Shown here piece by piece: positions 38,583-48,233 of a stretch of DNA of 64,000 nt (position 1 is the first letter of the stretch; the number at the start of each line of letters is the position of its first letter). This stretch comes from an uncultured Acidobacteriota bacterium (GTDB lineage Bacteria > Acidobacteriota > Terriglobia > Acidiferrales > UBA7541). The notes beneath the pieces were generated by a model. That model had not been told where the DNA came from. It saw nothing but the letters and a program-made list of their open reading frames with translations, and did not search any database. The stretch covers positions 38,412-102,411 of the forward strand of contig CAVPPO010000001.1 in NCBI GenBank assembly GCA_963707165.1, read 5' to 3'. The position numbers were made by a program, and so were the translations under genes.

Positions 38583-39710
38583 GTGGCTTCATCTGACGTA
38601 ATCATTATCGGCGGCGGAATTATCGGGCTTTCGCTTGCGCATAAACTTGCGAACGAGAATTTGTCCGTCGTAGTTCTCGATCGCCAGCAGCCTGGACTCG
38701 AAGCGTCTTGGGCTGCTGCTGGGATGCTTTGCCCTGGGCCTGAATCGCCGGATGACGTCGCGCTCGTTCCGCTCGCCAAGAAGAGCCTGGAGCTATATCC
38801 CGAATTTGTATGCGCAATCGAAGAAGCCTCCGGGGCGCGTGCGAACTTTCGGCGCGATGGCACGCTGGAGCTTTTCTTCGGCACGACGGCAGAGGCTGTG
38901 CGCGACCGGAGCGTTGCTGGGCATCGCGAGCACGATCTTGGCACGCAAGCCATCTCGGCGGACGACGCGCGGGCCATCGAATCGGCGCTCAGCGATACCG
39001 CTTTCGCCGCCGCATGGCTGCCGCACGAATGCTCCGTGGAACCGCGCGCGCTTACTTCCGCCGTTCTGCAAGCGGCGAAGAAATGCGGTGCAGAGGTTCG
39101 CGCGAATGTCGAGGTGCGAAAGCTGCTGATCGAAGGCTCGCGCTGCGACGGCGTTGAAACGCAATCAGAGAAATTCACCGCGAAGCACATCATTCTCGCC
39201 GCCGGCTGCTTTTCATCCGCAATCGGCGCCGCTGCGCGCATCGCGCCTACGCGCCCCGTCCGCGGGCAGATGCTTTCGCTGCGGGCCGCGCGCCCCATCC
39301 CGAATCACGTCGTGCGCTCGCACAGCGGCTACGTTGTACCGCGCGGCAACGGGCTGCTTGTCGCGGGCAGCACAATCGAGCACGTGGGGTATGAGAAGGG
39401 CGTCACTGCCGCCGGAATCTCCGGAATTCTCGCTGCCGCGATCGAGCTAATCCCTGAACTAGCCGGCGCTGCCATCGAAGAAACCTGGTCCGGGCTGCGC
39501 CCCGACACTCCCGATCATCTGCCGCTGATCGGTTCGACCGAGATCGATGGTCTCTGGCTGGCTACCGGGCACTATCGCAACGGCATCCTTCTAGCTCCGG
39601 CCACGGCGCAGATTTTGGGGAATTGGATCCTGCAAGGTAAACCGGACTTCAACGTAGAAGCCTACTCACCACACCGCTTCACATCAGAAAAATCCACCGC
39701 CGCCTCGTAA
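38583..39710 (+). CDS. thiO: Glycine oxidase ThiO-like FAD-dependent oxidoreductase (GTG start)
   Basis: DVIIIGGGIIGLSLA dinucleotide fold, EASWAAAGML, and C-terminal TGHYRNGILLAPATA, as in ThiO/DAO family enzymes. Confidence 0.8.
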   Translation: MASSDVIIIGGGIIGLSLAHKLANENLSVVVLDRQQPGLEASWAAAGMLCPGPESPDDVALVPLAKKSLELYPEFVCAIEEASGARANFRRDGTLELFFGTTAEAVRDRSVAGHREHDLGTQAISADDARAIESALSDTAFAAAWLPHECSVEPRALTSAVLQAAKKCGAEVRANVEVRKLLIEGSRCDGVETQSEKFTAKHIILAAGCFSSAIGAAARIAPTRPVRGQMLSLRAARPIPNHVVRSHSGYVVPRGNGLLVAGSTIEHVGYEKGVTAAGISGILAAAIELIPELAGAAIEETWSGLRPDTPDHLPLIGSTEIDGLWLATGHYRNGILLAPATAQILGNWILQGKPDFNVEAYSPHRFTSEKSTAAS

Positions 39711-39741
39711 TCCTACTGGCTGAATGGCAGACGCCGTTGTT

Positions 39742-39781
39742 GTCATCCTGAATCCGCCTCGGCGGACGAAGGATCGGCATT
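39742..39781. repeat. Variant copy of the dispersed repeat family S (GTCATCCTGAA...GAAGGATC.GCATT) with an inserted hairpin
   Basis: GTCATCCTGAATCCGCCTCGGCGGACGAAGGATCGGCATT. The ends match family S and the centre carries TCCGCC-TCG-GCGGA. Confidence 0.6.
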
Positions 39782-39806
39782 TTCCTTGCGGCGACGTGCG
39801 CGAGCA

Positions 39807-40649
39807 TCAAAAATACGGAACACGCACTCGTTGCGGCTCGCGATTTGCGGGGCCAGCTAGCGACGAGGCCTGCCCTGGACTCGTGAATTGCACTTTGTCG
39901 GCGTCCAGATACATCGGCCGGTCGAGGACCGCGTCGAGAGTCGTGCCGCGGGGCAATTCCGCTTCGGGCCCACGCGTCAATAAAATTGCGGCCAATCCTA
40001 CGGCTGCTCCCACTCCCGCGCCTATGCCCGCGCCGGTTGCGCTGCGTCCCGCGATGGCGCCGATTCCTGCTCCGGCGCCGGTGGTCTTCGCGACCGTGCC
40101 GATATCCGTGCCCTTGTCGGTGTCGCCCTTGATGCGGCCTTCGCTGTCCATCGATTCATTTCCGCCGGTGGAGGCATTCGACGGAGCGCCCGCGAAGCTG
40201 ACCATGTAGGCATTGGGGAGGATTAGTGTCATGAGCCGGATGGCGATTTCGCCGCGGCCCTTCACGCGTCCCGGCCGCTTCGATTCCGTCACTTCGCCGC
40301 TCACGTACGATCCCGCGGGAATGATCACGCGCCCATCCTTCATCACCGGGAAAAGCGTCTCGAAATAGACGGGATCGCCGACCTGGGCGGTGCGAGTGGA
40401 GATGCCGTTGTGCAGCACGAGAGGCAGGCGCGTCCCTACCGGGAGTTCGATCTTCTCTGCTGCTGCTGCGGCGACCGGTTTGGCAGCAGGAGCGTCGGGT
40501 GCCGGAGCAGGCGCGGCAACCGGCTGCGGTGCATCGGCAGCAGGCGGCGGAGGCTGGGGCGGCGTCACGTCTTGCGCTCGCGCGGCTCCGGCCAGCGCCA
40601 AAATCGCCGTCAAGGACATCCATCTAAACTTGCGCCAGGAATCTCGCAT
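39807..40649 (-). CDS. Secreted glycine-zipper protein (paralog family A)
   Basis: Met 40649 is preceded by GGGAGG. Signal MRDSWRKFRWMSLTAILALAGAARA, a Pro/Ala-rich linker, then LPVGTRLPLVLHNGIST...IIPAGSYVSGEV...GRGEIAIRLMTLILPN...GAGAGIGAIAGRSATGAGIGAGVGAAVG...LPRGTTLDAVLDRPM. The track ORF extends to 40796. Confidence 0.7.
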   Translation of the reverse strand: MRDSWRKFRWMSLTAILALAGAARAQDVTPPQPPPPAADAPQPVAAPAPAPDAPAAKPVAAAAAEKIELPVGTRLPLVLHNGISTRTAQVGDPVYFETLFPVMKDGRVIIPAGSYVSGEVTESKRPGRVKGRGEIAIRLMTLILPNAYMVSFAGAPSNASTGGNESMDSEGRIKGDTDKGTDIGTVAKTTGAGAGIGAIAGRSATGAGIGAGVGAAVGLAAILLTRGPEAELPRGTTLDAVLDRPMYLDADKVQFTSPGQASSLAGPANREPQRVRVPYF

Positions 40650-40911
40650 GATCTCAACCTCCCGCTGCCTAACTCCGATGCGCATCCAATGGCTGCGGAT
40701 GCCAATCTCCCTCCGCAGTAGGGACCGGGGTTCACCACCGGTCCGGTTTGGATATTGGGTTTCGGTTTTTCTGGAGGCAACAAAACCCAAACCCACCCCG
40801 GGGGCGTGTGAACCCGCCCCCCTACAACATCGGACGGGACTCGCGCGAAACCTGTATATCAGTTAAACATCGAACCGAACGCCGCTTCAAGTAGTCCGTT
40901 TCCCGAGCAGC

Positions 40912-40917
40912 TATAAT
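40912..40917 (+). promoter_or_regulatory. Perfect TATAAT box 7 nt upstream of the hybrid kinase ATG (possible leaderless transcript)
   Basis: TATAAT lies at 40912-40917 and the ATG at 40925. There is no Shine-Dalgarno-like purine tract between them and no good -35 element. Confidence 0.3.
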
Positions 40918-40924
40918 TTTACCA

Positions 40925-43900
40925 ATGGGATCCCTCTCTCCCAATTCCGACCGGCTGAAGCCGGCCCTGTTGCGGCGCTCGCTCCGCCGGACGACGCTTT
41001 TTTCGATTCTGGTCACGGTCGTCCTGCTTGTCGCGGGAATCTTCGGCGTCGCCTGCGCGGTCATCCTGAATAGCTTCGAAAAGCTGGAACGCGCAGAAGC
41101 GCAAAAGAATCTCGATCGCGCTGTGGATGCCCTGGATGCCAGCGTGGACGGCCTGTCGCGCGTCGCGTCGGGTTATTCCGCGTGGGATCAGACTTACAAT
41201 TTCGTCCGCCAGGGCAATCCCAGCTTCACGAAATCCGAGTTCCCGAATGAGATGCTGGCGAGCCTCGATCTCAACTTCGTGGCCATCGTGGATACTACGA
41301 ATCATCTGGTCTTCGCGAAGGGCTACGACCTACAAACTCAGCACGAGACTGCTTTCCCGGCCGATCTCGCAAAGCGCCTGGAAAGCATTTCTTCCATCAC
41401 TCATTTCAGCGATGCGAAGGGCAGGACGACGGGCCTGATCTCGCTCGCGAACGGAACCGCTCTGGTCGTGTCCCAGCCGATACTGACCAGCGACAACCGC
41501 GGGCCGATTGCCGGCGCGTTCGTGAGCGGCCGCTGGCTCGATGCGCAAGAGATGGAAAGTATCGGCGCCACCACGCATCTCGACCTGCAACTTCTCCCTC
41601 TGCATTCCGAGGGGCTGTCCGCGGAAGATGATGCCGCCGTGCGCCGCTTGAGTTCCACGTTTCCGCGGATCATCAAGCCGGTCAGCGCGCAATCCATCGT
41701 CGCGTACCGATTGCTCAGCGACATTGACGGCAACCCAGCTGCCGTCGTGCGCATACAGACTCCCCGCACGATCTATCAGCAAGGGCGCGTCAGCCTGCTG
41801 CAATTCTTTGTACTGCTGCTCGCCTCGGCTGCGGCGTTCACGGCCTTGACGCTGTTCGTGATCGAGCGGCTGGTCCTCTCGCGCGTCGCCAATCTGAGCA
41901 AGAATGTCGCCGCCGTCGGCGACCGCGGCGATCTTGCGGCGCGCGTGGACATGAGCGGCAACGATGAATTGGCGGATTTGAGCGGCTCGATCAACCAGAT
42001 GCTCGCCGCGCTCGAGAAATCGCAGAAGGAAGCCGCCGAGCAGAGCGCGCGGCTGCGCATCGTAGTCGAGCGCATGCCTGCCGTTCTCTGGACCACCGAC
42101 GCCGATCTACATTTCATCACGTCGATGGGCGCGGGCCTCGAAGCTCTCCACCATAAGACCAACGAAGTTTCCGGCCAGAGCCTCTACGATTATTTCGGCA
42201 CGCGCGATCCCAATTTCGCGCCGATTGCGGCTCACCTTCGCGCGTTACGCGGAGAAACCACGACCTACGTCACGAGCTGGATGAACCGCACATTTGAAAG
42301 CCACACGGAGCCTCTCCGCGATGCGAACAACGCCATCGTCGGCGTTATCGGCATCGCTCTCGACAGCACCGACCGCGTCCTCGTCGAGGAAGCGCTGCGC
42401 GAATCGGAAACCAGCTACCGTTCCATCATCGAAGAAGCGCCGTACGGAATTTGCCGCTGCACCGTCGGCGGCAGCTTCACTCTGGTGAATCGCGCCCTGG
42501 TGCGAATGCTGGCTTGCGAATCCGATAGCGATCTTCTGGGACTTAATATCGGCACCGACGTCTTCGAAAATCTGCGCGATCACTCGAATTTCATTGAGCA
42601 GCTCCAAGCGCAAGGAAGCGCCGAGGGCGTAGAGACGCTCTGGAAGCAGCGTGGAGGCAAATCCATCATCGTGCGTCTCGGCGGCCGCGCCGTCCGCGAC
42701 GCGCGCGAGCAGATCGCCTATTTCGAAGTCATCGCCGAAGATGTCTCGGAGCGCCGCCAGCTCGAACTGCAGCTGCGCCAATCGCAAAAAATGCAGGCCA
42801 TCGGCCAGCTAGCCGGCGGCGTGGCGCACGATTTCAATAATTTGCTCATGGTGGTCAAAGGCCACATCGAACTCATTCTCAACACCATGCCGTCGACCGA
42901 TCCGCTGTTCCCGCGGCTCGATCAAGTTCAGAAAGCCGCCAACCGCGCCAGTTCTCTTACGCGCCAGTTGCTGGCCTTCAGCCGCCTGCAGGTTCTTCAG
43001 CCGCAGGTGCTCGATCTCAATGGCATCGTCTCCGGGATGATTCAAATGCTTTCGCGCATCATCGGTGAGCATATCGAGCTGGTCTTCCGCCCCGGCGGGA
43101 TTCTCGGCCGCGTGAAAGCTGATGCCGGGCAGCTCGAGCAGATTCTTCTCAATCTCGTGGTCAACGCGCGCGATGCAATGCCCAACGGCGGACAGCTCAC
43201 CATCGAGACCGAAAATATCGAGCTCGACGATTCTTATGCGCAGCTCCACTCCGTCGTGAAGCCGGGCGCTTACGTCATGCTCGCTGTCAGCGATACAGGC
43301 TGCGGCATGGATCCCGCCACGCAAGCTAGAATCTTCGAGCCATTTTTTACCACGAAGGAGCCGGGCAAAGGCACGGGCTTAGGCTTGGCGACGGTCTATG
43401 GCGTGGTGAAGCAGAGCGATGGCTACATCTGGGTCTATAGCGAGCCTGGCCAGGGCACCACATTCAAGATTTATTTGCCGCTCGCCGCCGATGTAGTCGA
43501 GCCGCCGAAAACTCAGGCCGCGGCGCCTGCTCCCGTTCGCGGCTCGGAGACAATCCTTCTCGTCGAAGATGAAGAGAGCGTCCGCTCTCTCGTTGCCGAT
43601 TTCCTGAAGACCACTGGCCACACGGTCCTCGAAGCTACGGAGGGAGAAGAGGCCATTCGCCTGGTTGCGGCGCACAGCGATCAAATCGACTTGCTGATCA
43701 GCGACGTAGTGATGCCCAAGATGAGCGGCCGCGAGCTCTGGAACAATCTCCGCAGGCGCATGCCTACGCTGAAAGTGCTGTTCATCTCCGGTTACACCGA
43801 CGACTCGATAGTCCGCCACGGGGTGATCGACGGCGACGTAGCTTTTCTGCAGAAGCCGTTCACGATGCGCGCGCTGGCCAGCAAGATCCGCGAAGTTCTC

Positions 43901-43951
43901 GACGCGTCCGAAGTAAACGAATATTCCACGCTAACGCGCAACAATTCGTAA
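40925..43951 (+). CDS. Hybrid sensor histidine kinase (extracytoplasmic CHASE4-like domain - HAMP - 2x PAS - HisKA - HATPase_c - REC)
   Basis: 1008 aa. The N-terminal sensor lies between two TM segments ([12 protein letters not shown]... is CHASE4-like). H-box [30 protein letters not shown], and a receiver (ILLVEDE...[10 protein letters not shown]...QKP). Confidence 0.9.
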   Translation: MGSLSPNSDRLKPALLRRSLRRTTLFSILVTVVLLVAGIFGVACAVILNSFEKLERAEAQKNLDRAVDALDASVDGLSRVASGYSAWDQTYNFVRQGNPSFTKSEFPNEMLASLDLNFVAIVDTTNHLVFAKGYDLQTQHETAFPADLAKRLESISSITHFSDAKGRTTGLISLANGTALVVSQPILTSDNRGPIAGAFVSGRWLDAQEMESIGATTHLDLQLLPLHSEGLSAEDDAAVRRLSSTFPRIIKPVSAQSIVAYRLLSDIDGNPAAVVRIQTPRTIYQQGRVSLLQFFVLLLASAAAFTALTLFVIERLVLSRVANLSKNVAAVGDRGDLAARVDMSGNDELADLSGSINQMLAALEKSQKEAAEQSARLRIVVERMPAVLWTTDADLHFITSMGAGLEALHHKTNEVSGQSLYDYFGTRDPNFAPIAAHLRALRGETTTYVTSWMNRTFESHTEPLRDANNAIVGVIGIALDSTDRVLVEEALRESETSYRSIIEEAPYGICRCTVGGSFTLVNRALVRMLACESDSDLLGLNIGTDVFENLRDHSNFIEQLQAQGSAEGVETLWKQRGGKSIIVRLGGRAVRDAREQIAYFEVIAEDVSERRQLELQLRQSQKMQAIGQLAGGVAHDFNNLLMVVKGHIELILNTMPSTDPLFPRLDQVQKAANRASSLTRQLLAFSRLQVLQPQVLDLNGIVSGMIQMLSRIIGEHIELVFRPGGILGRVKADAGQLEQILLNLVVNARDAMPNGGQLTIETENIELDDSYAQLHSVVKPGAYVMLAVSDTGCGMDPATQARIFEPFFTTKEPGKGTGLGLATVYGVVKQSDGYIWVYSEPGQGTTFKIYLPLAADVVEPPKTQAAAPAPVRGSETILLVEDEESVRSLVADFLKTTGHTVLEATEGEEAIRLVAAHSDQIDLLISDVVMPKMSGRELWNNLRRRMPTLKVLFISGYTDDSIVRHGVIDGDVAFLQKPFTMRALASKIREVLDASEVNEYSTLTRNNS

Positions 43952-43966
43952 GCTCTCCGTCTCGAT

Positions 43967-43997
43967 GTCATCCCGAACGAAGTGAGGGATCTGCATT
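43967..43997. repeat. Dispersed 31-36-nt repeat family S (GTCATCC(C/T)GAACGAAGTGA(G/A)GGATCTGCATT); inverted copies at 44573-44608 and 52793-52828
   Basis: 44573-44608 and 52793-52828 are identical over 36 nt (AATGCAGATCCTTCACTTCGTTCAGGATGACAGCGA). 43967-43997 is the reverse complement with 2 mismatches in 31. Confidence 0.9.
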
Positions 43998-44315
43998 TGC
44001 AGTTGCCGTTGCCTTTTGCTCCGTAGGGCGCGGCTGCTTCAGGGAGCCAGCGCTAAAGCGCATCGATAAAGGCGGAGCTTTTTCGGAGCGCTGAAGCGCT
44101 CCTCCCCCGCATAAATGCGGGGGCTCCCACCGAAATTCGGGAACTCCGGCCAACTGGCGGGGAACCCATCGGCTTGCGGATTTCCGTCAGCGATAAATTT
44201 GGGGCCATACTATTTTCAAGCGAAGTCAGATTAGGGTGCCACCTCGCGCCGAGCGCGGTAGCGAATTTTCTGCCTGGGCCTTATGATAGGCCTCGCGAAT
44301 CTGGAGCGAATCCAA

Positions 44316-44516
44316 ATGGCAAAACTTGCGCTGGTTTACGGTATGAGATTATTTCCACTCGACGAATTGGACGCTGTAAACGAAGCGACGATCACCCTGA
44401 AGAACGGCAAAACCGCGCGAATCACCATGCATCTGATCGAAGGCACGCACAAGGAAATCGAAGCTACGATGCGGCAATCCCTGGACGCCTTTTTTGAGCT
44501 TTACCCTGAAATCTGA
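44316..44516 (+). CDS. Small hypothetical protein (66 aa) inside the inverted-repeat-bracketed segment
   Basis: ATG 44316 is preceded by GGAG. MAKLALVYGMRLFPLDELDAVNEATITLKNGKTARITMHLIEGTHKEIEATMRQSLDAFFELYPEI. No family recognised. Confidence 0.4.
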   Translation: MAKLALVYGMRLFPLDELDAVNEATITLKNGKTARITMHLIEGTHKEIEATMRQSLDAFFELYPEI

Positions 44517-44679
44517 GAGGCCCTACGCGGTCGAGGCGATGTAGAATCTGCATTATTCCTCGAAATCAAGACAATGCAGATCCTTCACTTCGTTCAGGAT
44601 GACAGCGATAAGATTTTGTCCGCAATCTGTGTAGCCGCGTGCAAAATCAAGTGGCCACTTCATCCGATCACGCACGGCT

Positions 44680-44949
44680 CTAAATCAAAACCACGGTCTG
44701 TCCGGTCAAATCAAATCTCTTCCGGCATTTGATGTTTCTGCAAGCCACCATGTCATCCACGCGCACCATATACGATCGCGCCTTCTCAAAATGCGCGCGG
44801 TCCTGATCGTTTGCGCCGCGCGGCAATTGCGATTTTTTGGTGCGCGTCTTCCAGCGAATCGGAAAAGTGCTCTCGGTCCGGCAATGAGGGCAGGTCAAAG
44901 GAATCTGCTTGGTCTCTTCCTTCTCGTCGTAGAACATTCTCTCGTCCAT
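44680..44949 (-). CDS. Small zinc-ribbon protein (89 aa)
   Basis: Met 44949 is preceded by GGGGTGA, 13 nt after the deacetylase stop. CPHC...CRNIKC. The upstream part of the track ORF (to 45117) overlaps the deacetylase gene. Confidence 0.5.
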   Translation of the reverse strand: MDERMFYDEKEETKQIPLTCPHCRTESTFPIRWKTRTKKSQLPRGANDQDRAHFEKARSYMVRVDDMVACRNIKCRKRFDLTGQTVVLI

Positions 44950-44962
44950 GACATTCACCCCG

Positions 44963-45681
44963 TCAGGAATTCCGCTTCCAATCGTCCATGGTAACAAATC
45001 GCAATCCCGCATCGCGCCAACGCGGCAACCAATACTCCATCGCGGCGACGGTATGCCGACGGTCGCCTTCGAGGCGCATGTAATCGCCATCATGCAACAG
45101 GACGATATCGCCTCCACGCACGCGCCGCAAGCGCTGGATCACCGGTCCCGCGGGCTGCGGCTTCCAATCCCACGCCCATCGCGACCACATCACCACGCCC
45201 GGCAAATCCGAGGCCACGCACGACCGCATCCAGATTCGGCCCGCGAAATCCGAATGGCGGACGCATCCACAAGATTTCTTTCGTACGTAGCGACGGCGAT
45301 CGCCTCGCGGCAATGCAGCAATTCTTCACGCACACTCGCCGCGCCGAGAAACATCAGTCGCGGATGAGTTTCCGTGTGATTCGCGATGGTGTGGCCGCGC
45401 GCGACAATCTCCACCGCCAATTCCGGAAATGCGCGCACGTGCTTGCCAATCACGAAAAACGTAGCGCGCACCGAATTCTGCTCGAGCACTTCGAGCAGCG
45501 CCGGCGTGACCGCGGGATTCGGCCCGTCATCGAATGTGAGCGCAATCGCGCCGGGATCCTGCGTGTGCCGGATCGTGCGCCCGAAAAGCTGCGACGAAGG
45601 CGCCATCGCGCCCCACGCCGCCACGCCCGGCACGCTGAGAGCTGCTCCCGCCCAAATCGCCGCGCTTTGCCACGCTTCCAT
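44963..45681 (-). pseudogene. Polysaccharide deacetylase (NodB homology domain) spread over three reading frames
   Basis: Frame 1 ...ALTFDDGPNP...IANHTETHP...LLHCREAIAVAT. Frame 2 KEILWMRPPFGFRGPNLDAVVRGLG. Frame 3 LPGVVMWSRWAWDWKPQ...VLLHDGD...RFVTMDDW. The second shift is explained by one extra T in the run at 45205-45207 (AAA on the + strand). The first lies near 45280-45292. Confidence 0.8.
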
Positions 45682-45757
45682 CTGCCCGATTCTCGCACGC
45701 AGGCCGCCACTCCGTAACGCGAACTTTCTGCTACGATACGCGCGCTCCAATATCCGC

Positions 45758-46412
45758 ATGGTTTCGTCTAAAGATTCCGCAAATCCGTTCCCGGCGTGGG
45801 TCCGCTGGACCGCGCTGATCTGGCTCGGCGTCTGGCTGACGATCTACTTGAAATTTTGGGGCCCGACCACGTTCCTCTTCCTCTGCGACATCGCCGTAAT
45901 TCTCACTTGCGTCGGGCTCTTCACCGGCAACGCGCTGCTGCTTTCCAGCCAGGCCGTTAGCTCGTTGGTGATAGACACGGCCTGGATGCTCGACATCGGC
46001 ACAAAATTAATCTTCAATCGCCATCTCATCGGCGGCACCGATTATTTCTTTGATCCAAACTTATCCTCTCTGGGTGCGGCTGTTCAGTCTGTTTCACGTC
46101 GCGATGCCGTTTGTCCTGATCTATGCCGTGCGCCGCACGGGCTACGATCGCCGTGCCTTGCGCCTGCAATTCGTGATCGCAGCGGTAGCCATGATCGCCT
46201 CGCGCTTCGCCGACGCTGCGCGCAACATAAACTTCGCGCACGTCGATCCCATTCTTCATCGCCAGTGGGGCCCGGCCCCGGTGCACGTCTTCGCGATGCT
46301 CGTCGGCCTGACGATCGTGATCTATCTCCCCACGCACGAAGTTCTCTCGCGTATTTTTCCGGCGGTGCTGTCCCAGTTCCAATCAGGCAGGATTTTGACG
46401 GAAGGCCGCTAG
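45758..46412 (+). pseudogene. Hypothetical polytopic membrane protein split by one frame shift
   Basis: MVSSKDSANPFPAWVRWTALIWLGVWLTIYLKFWG...GGTDYFFDPN (frame of ORF 45386..46462) continues as YPLWVRLFSLFHVAMPFVLIYAVRR... (ORF 46050..46412). One extra T near 46060-46062 explains the shift. Confidence 0.6.
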
Positions 46413-46819
46413 AGTCGAGCTTTTGTGTCGGGCATTACGTTCGCGACGAGCTTGACGACTAGAACAATCAACATCGCCTCGAACGGCATAATTACGACAT
46501 ACATGAACGCTCGCGTGATGAATCTCAGAAGTGGCATGTAAACCGCGATGTGGGAAATCATCAAAAGAAGTAGCAGCCACCAGAAACTTCGTGGCTTACG
46601 TACGGTCCAGTACATTTTTGCCAGCAATACAAAGAGCACGACGCTAAAAAACGTGAAGGTCAGCCATTGCTTCGTGGGCCAGAACCGTTCCGGCACGAAC
46701 TTTACGACGACGAACACACAAACGATGAACGTAGCCGCCACGAGCAATCCAACTAAAACGTACCAAGATAGCGTGGTTGACTTAGATTTCGGCTCGTCGG
46801 TCCGCTGCTCGCGTGGCAT
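46409..46819 (-). CDS. Hypothetical small membrane protein (about 4 TM)
   Basis: 136 aa. It starts 2 nt after the stop of the upstream sigma-54 regulator gene. Hydrophobic segments. Confidence 0.6.
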   Translation of the reverse strand: MPREQRTDEPKSKSTTLSWYVLVGLLVAATFIVCVFVVVKFVPERFWPTKQWLTFTFFSVVLFVLLAKMYWTVRKPRSFWWLLLLLMISHIAVYMPLLRFITRAFMYVVIMPFEAMLIVLVVKLVANVMPDTKARL

Positions 46820-46820
46820 G

Positions 46821-48227
46821 CTACTCGGACTTGCGAACCGCGCGAAGATCGATTCCCAATTGCTGGCACTTTTTGTAGAGGTGACTTCTCTCGAGGCCTA
46901 ATGCTTTCGCGGTATTGGTCATGTGATGCCCATGCTTTTTCAATTCCGCCAAAATCGTGTCGCGCTCAAATCCCTCTGTGCGCACTGCCAAAGTTCCATC
47001 GCTCGTGCCGACATCGGTCTCCGCACCGGTCGCGGTATTCGTAGGGGCGCTGCTTGCTGCGCCCGCGGGCAAAGCCAACCTTACGGTCTCCGCGTCAATT
47101 TCATCTCGAACCGACAACAGAAGCACTCGCTCGACCACATTTCTCAATTCGCGCACATTTCCGGGCCACATATATTTTTCCAATTCCGCGATCGCCGAAT
47201 CCGCGAACGCCTTCTCTTTCCATCCATTCTGCGCCGCCACTTGCCGCGCAAAATTGCACGCCAACAATGCGATATCCTCGCGGCGCTCGCGCAACGGCGG
47301 CAACAGAATCGGGAACACGTAAATCCGGTGATACAAATCCTGCCGGAACGTCCCTGCCTTCACCTGCGCTTCGAGATCGCGATGCGTGGCCACCACGACG
47401 CGCACGTCCACGGCAATCGGCTTGTCTCCGCCTACGCGCTCGATTTCGCCTTCTTCCAAAACGCGCAGGAGTTTCGCCTGCATTCCGAGCGGCATATCTC
47501 CAATTTCATCCAGGAAGAAAGTGCCGCGATGCGCTTGCTCGAATTTTCCCACGTGGCGCGCCGAAGCTCCGGTGAACGCGCCTTTCTCATGCCCGAATAA
47601 TTCCGATTCCATCAATTCCGCGGGAATGGCCGCGCAATTCAGCGTGACGAACGGCCCATTCCGCCGCGCGCTTTTTTCATGCAGCGTTCGCGCCACGAGT
47701 TCCTTGCCCGTGCCCGTTTCGCCGCGAATGCAGACGCGCGTTTCGCTCGCCGCCACGCCTCCAATTTGCTCCATCAACGCTTTCATCGCCGCGCTGGCCC
47801 ACAGAATTTCGTGCTTGCCCAAGCGCTTTTTCAGATCGCGATTTTCGTTTTCGAGCCGCGCGATGCGCAGGCAATTCTCGATGGTCAGCAGCAATTTGTC
47901 GGTCGAAATCGGCTTCTCGAGAAAATCCACCGCGCCGAGACGCGTGGCGCGCACGGCCATCTCGATATTCGCTTGCCCGGACATCATTACGGTTGGAATG
48001 GTAATTCCCGCGGCTTTCAGGTCTTCGAGGAAGGCGATGCCGTCTTTTCCCGGCATCACGACATCGGAGAGAATCAGATCGATGCGTTCGCTCTTGGCAA
48101 TTTCCAGCGCGCGCGTCGCGTTGTCGCAGACTGTGGCTTCGTGCCCCGCCAATCGGAATGCGCGAGCGAGCGACGCGAGAGTATTCGGATCGTCGTCCAC
48201 TACGAGGACGTGCGCCTTCGCAGCCAC
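46821..48227 (-). CDS. Sigma-54-dependent response regulator (REC - AAA+ - HTH), NtrC/NtrX-like
   Basis: Receiver (VLVVDDD...SDVVMPGKDG), GETGTGKE, GAFTGA, and HTH TAKALGLERSHLYKKCQQLGI. Confidence 0.93.
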   Translation of the reverse strand: MAAKAHVLVVDDDPNTLASLARAFRLAGHEATVCDNATRALEIAKSERIDLILSDVVMPGKDGIAFLEDLKAAGITIPTVMMSGQANIEMAVRATRLGAVDFLEKPISTDKLLLTIENCLRIARLENENRDLKKRLGKHEILWASAAMKALMEQIGGVAASETRVCIRGETGTGKELVARTLHEKSARRNGPFVTLNCAAIPAELMESELFGHEKGAFTGASARHVGKFEQAHRGTFFLDEIGDMPLGMQAKLLRVLEEGEIERVGGDKPIAVDVRVVVATHRDLEAQVKAGTFRQDLYHRIYVFPILLPPLRERREDIALLACNFARQVAAQNGWKEKAFADSAIAELEKYMWPGNVRELRNVVERVLLLSVRDEIDAETVRLALPAGAASSAPTNTATGAETDVGTSDGTLAVRTEGFERDTILAELKKHGHHMTNTAKALGLERSHLYKKCQQLGIDLRAVRKSE

Positions 48228-48233
48228 GCGCGC

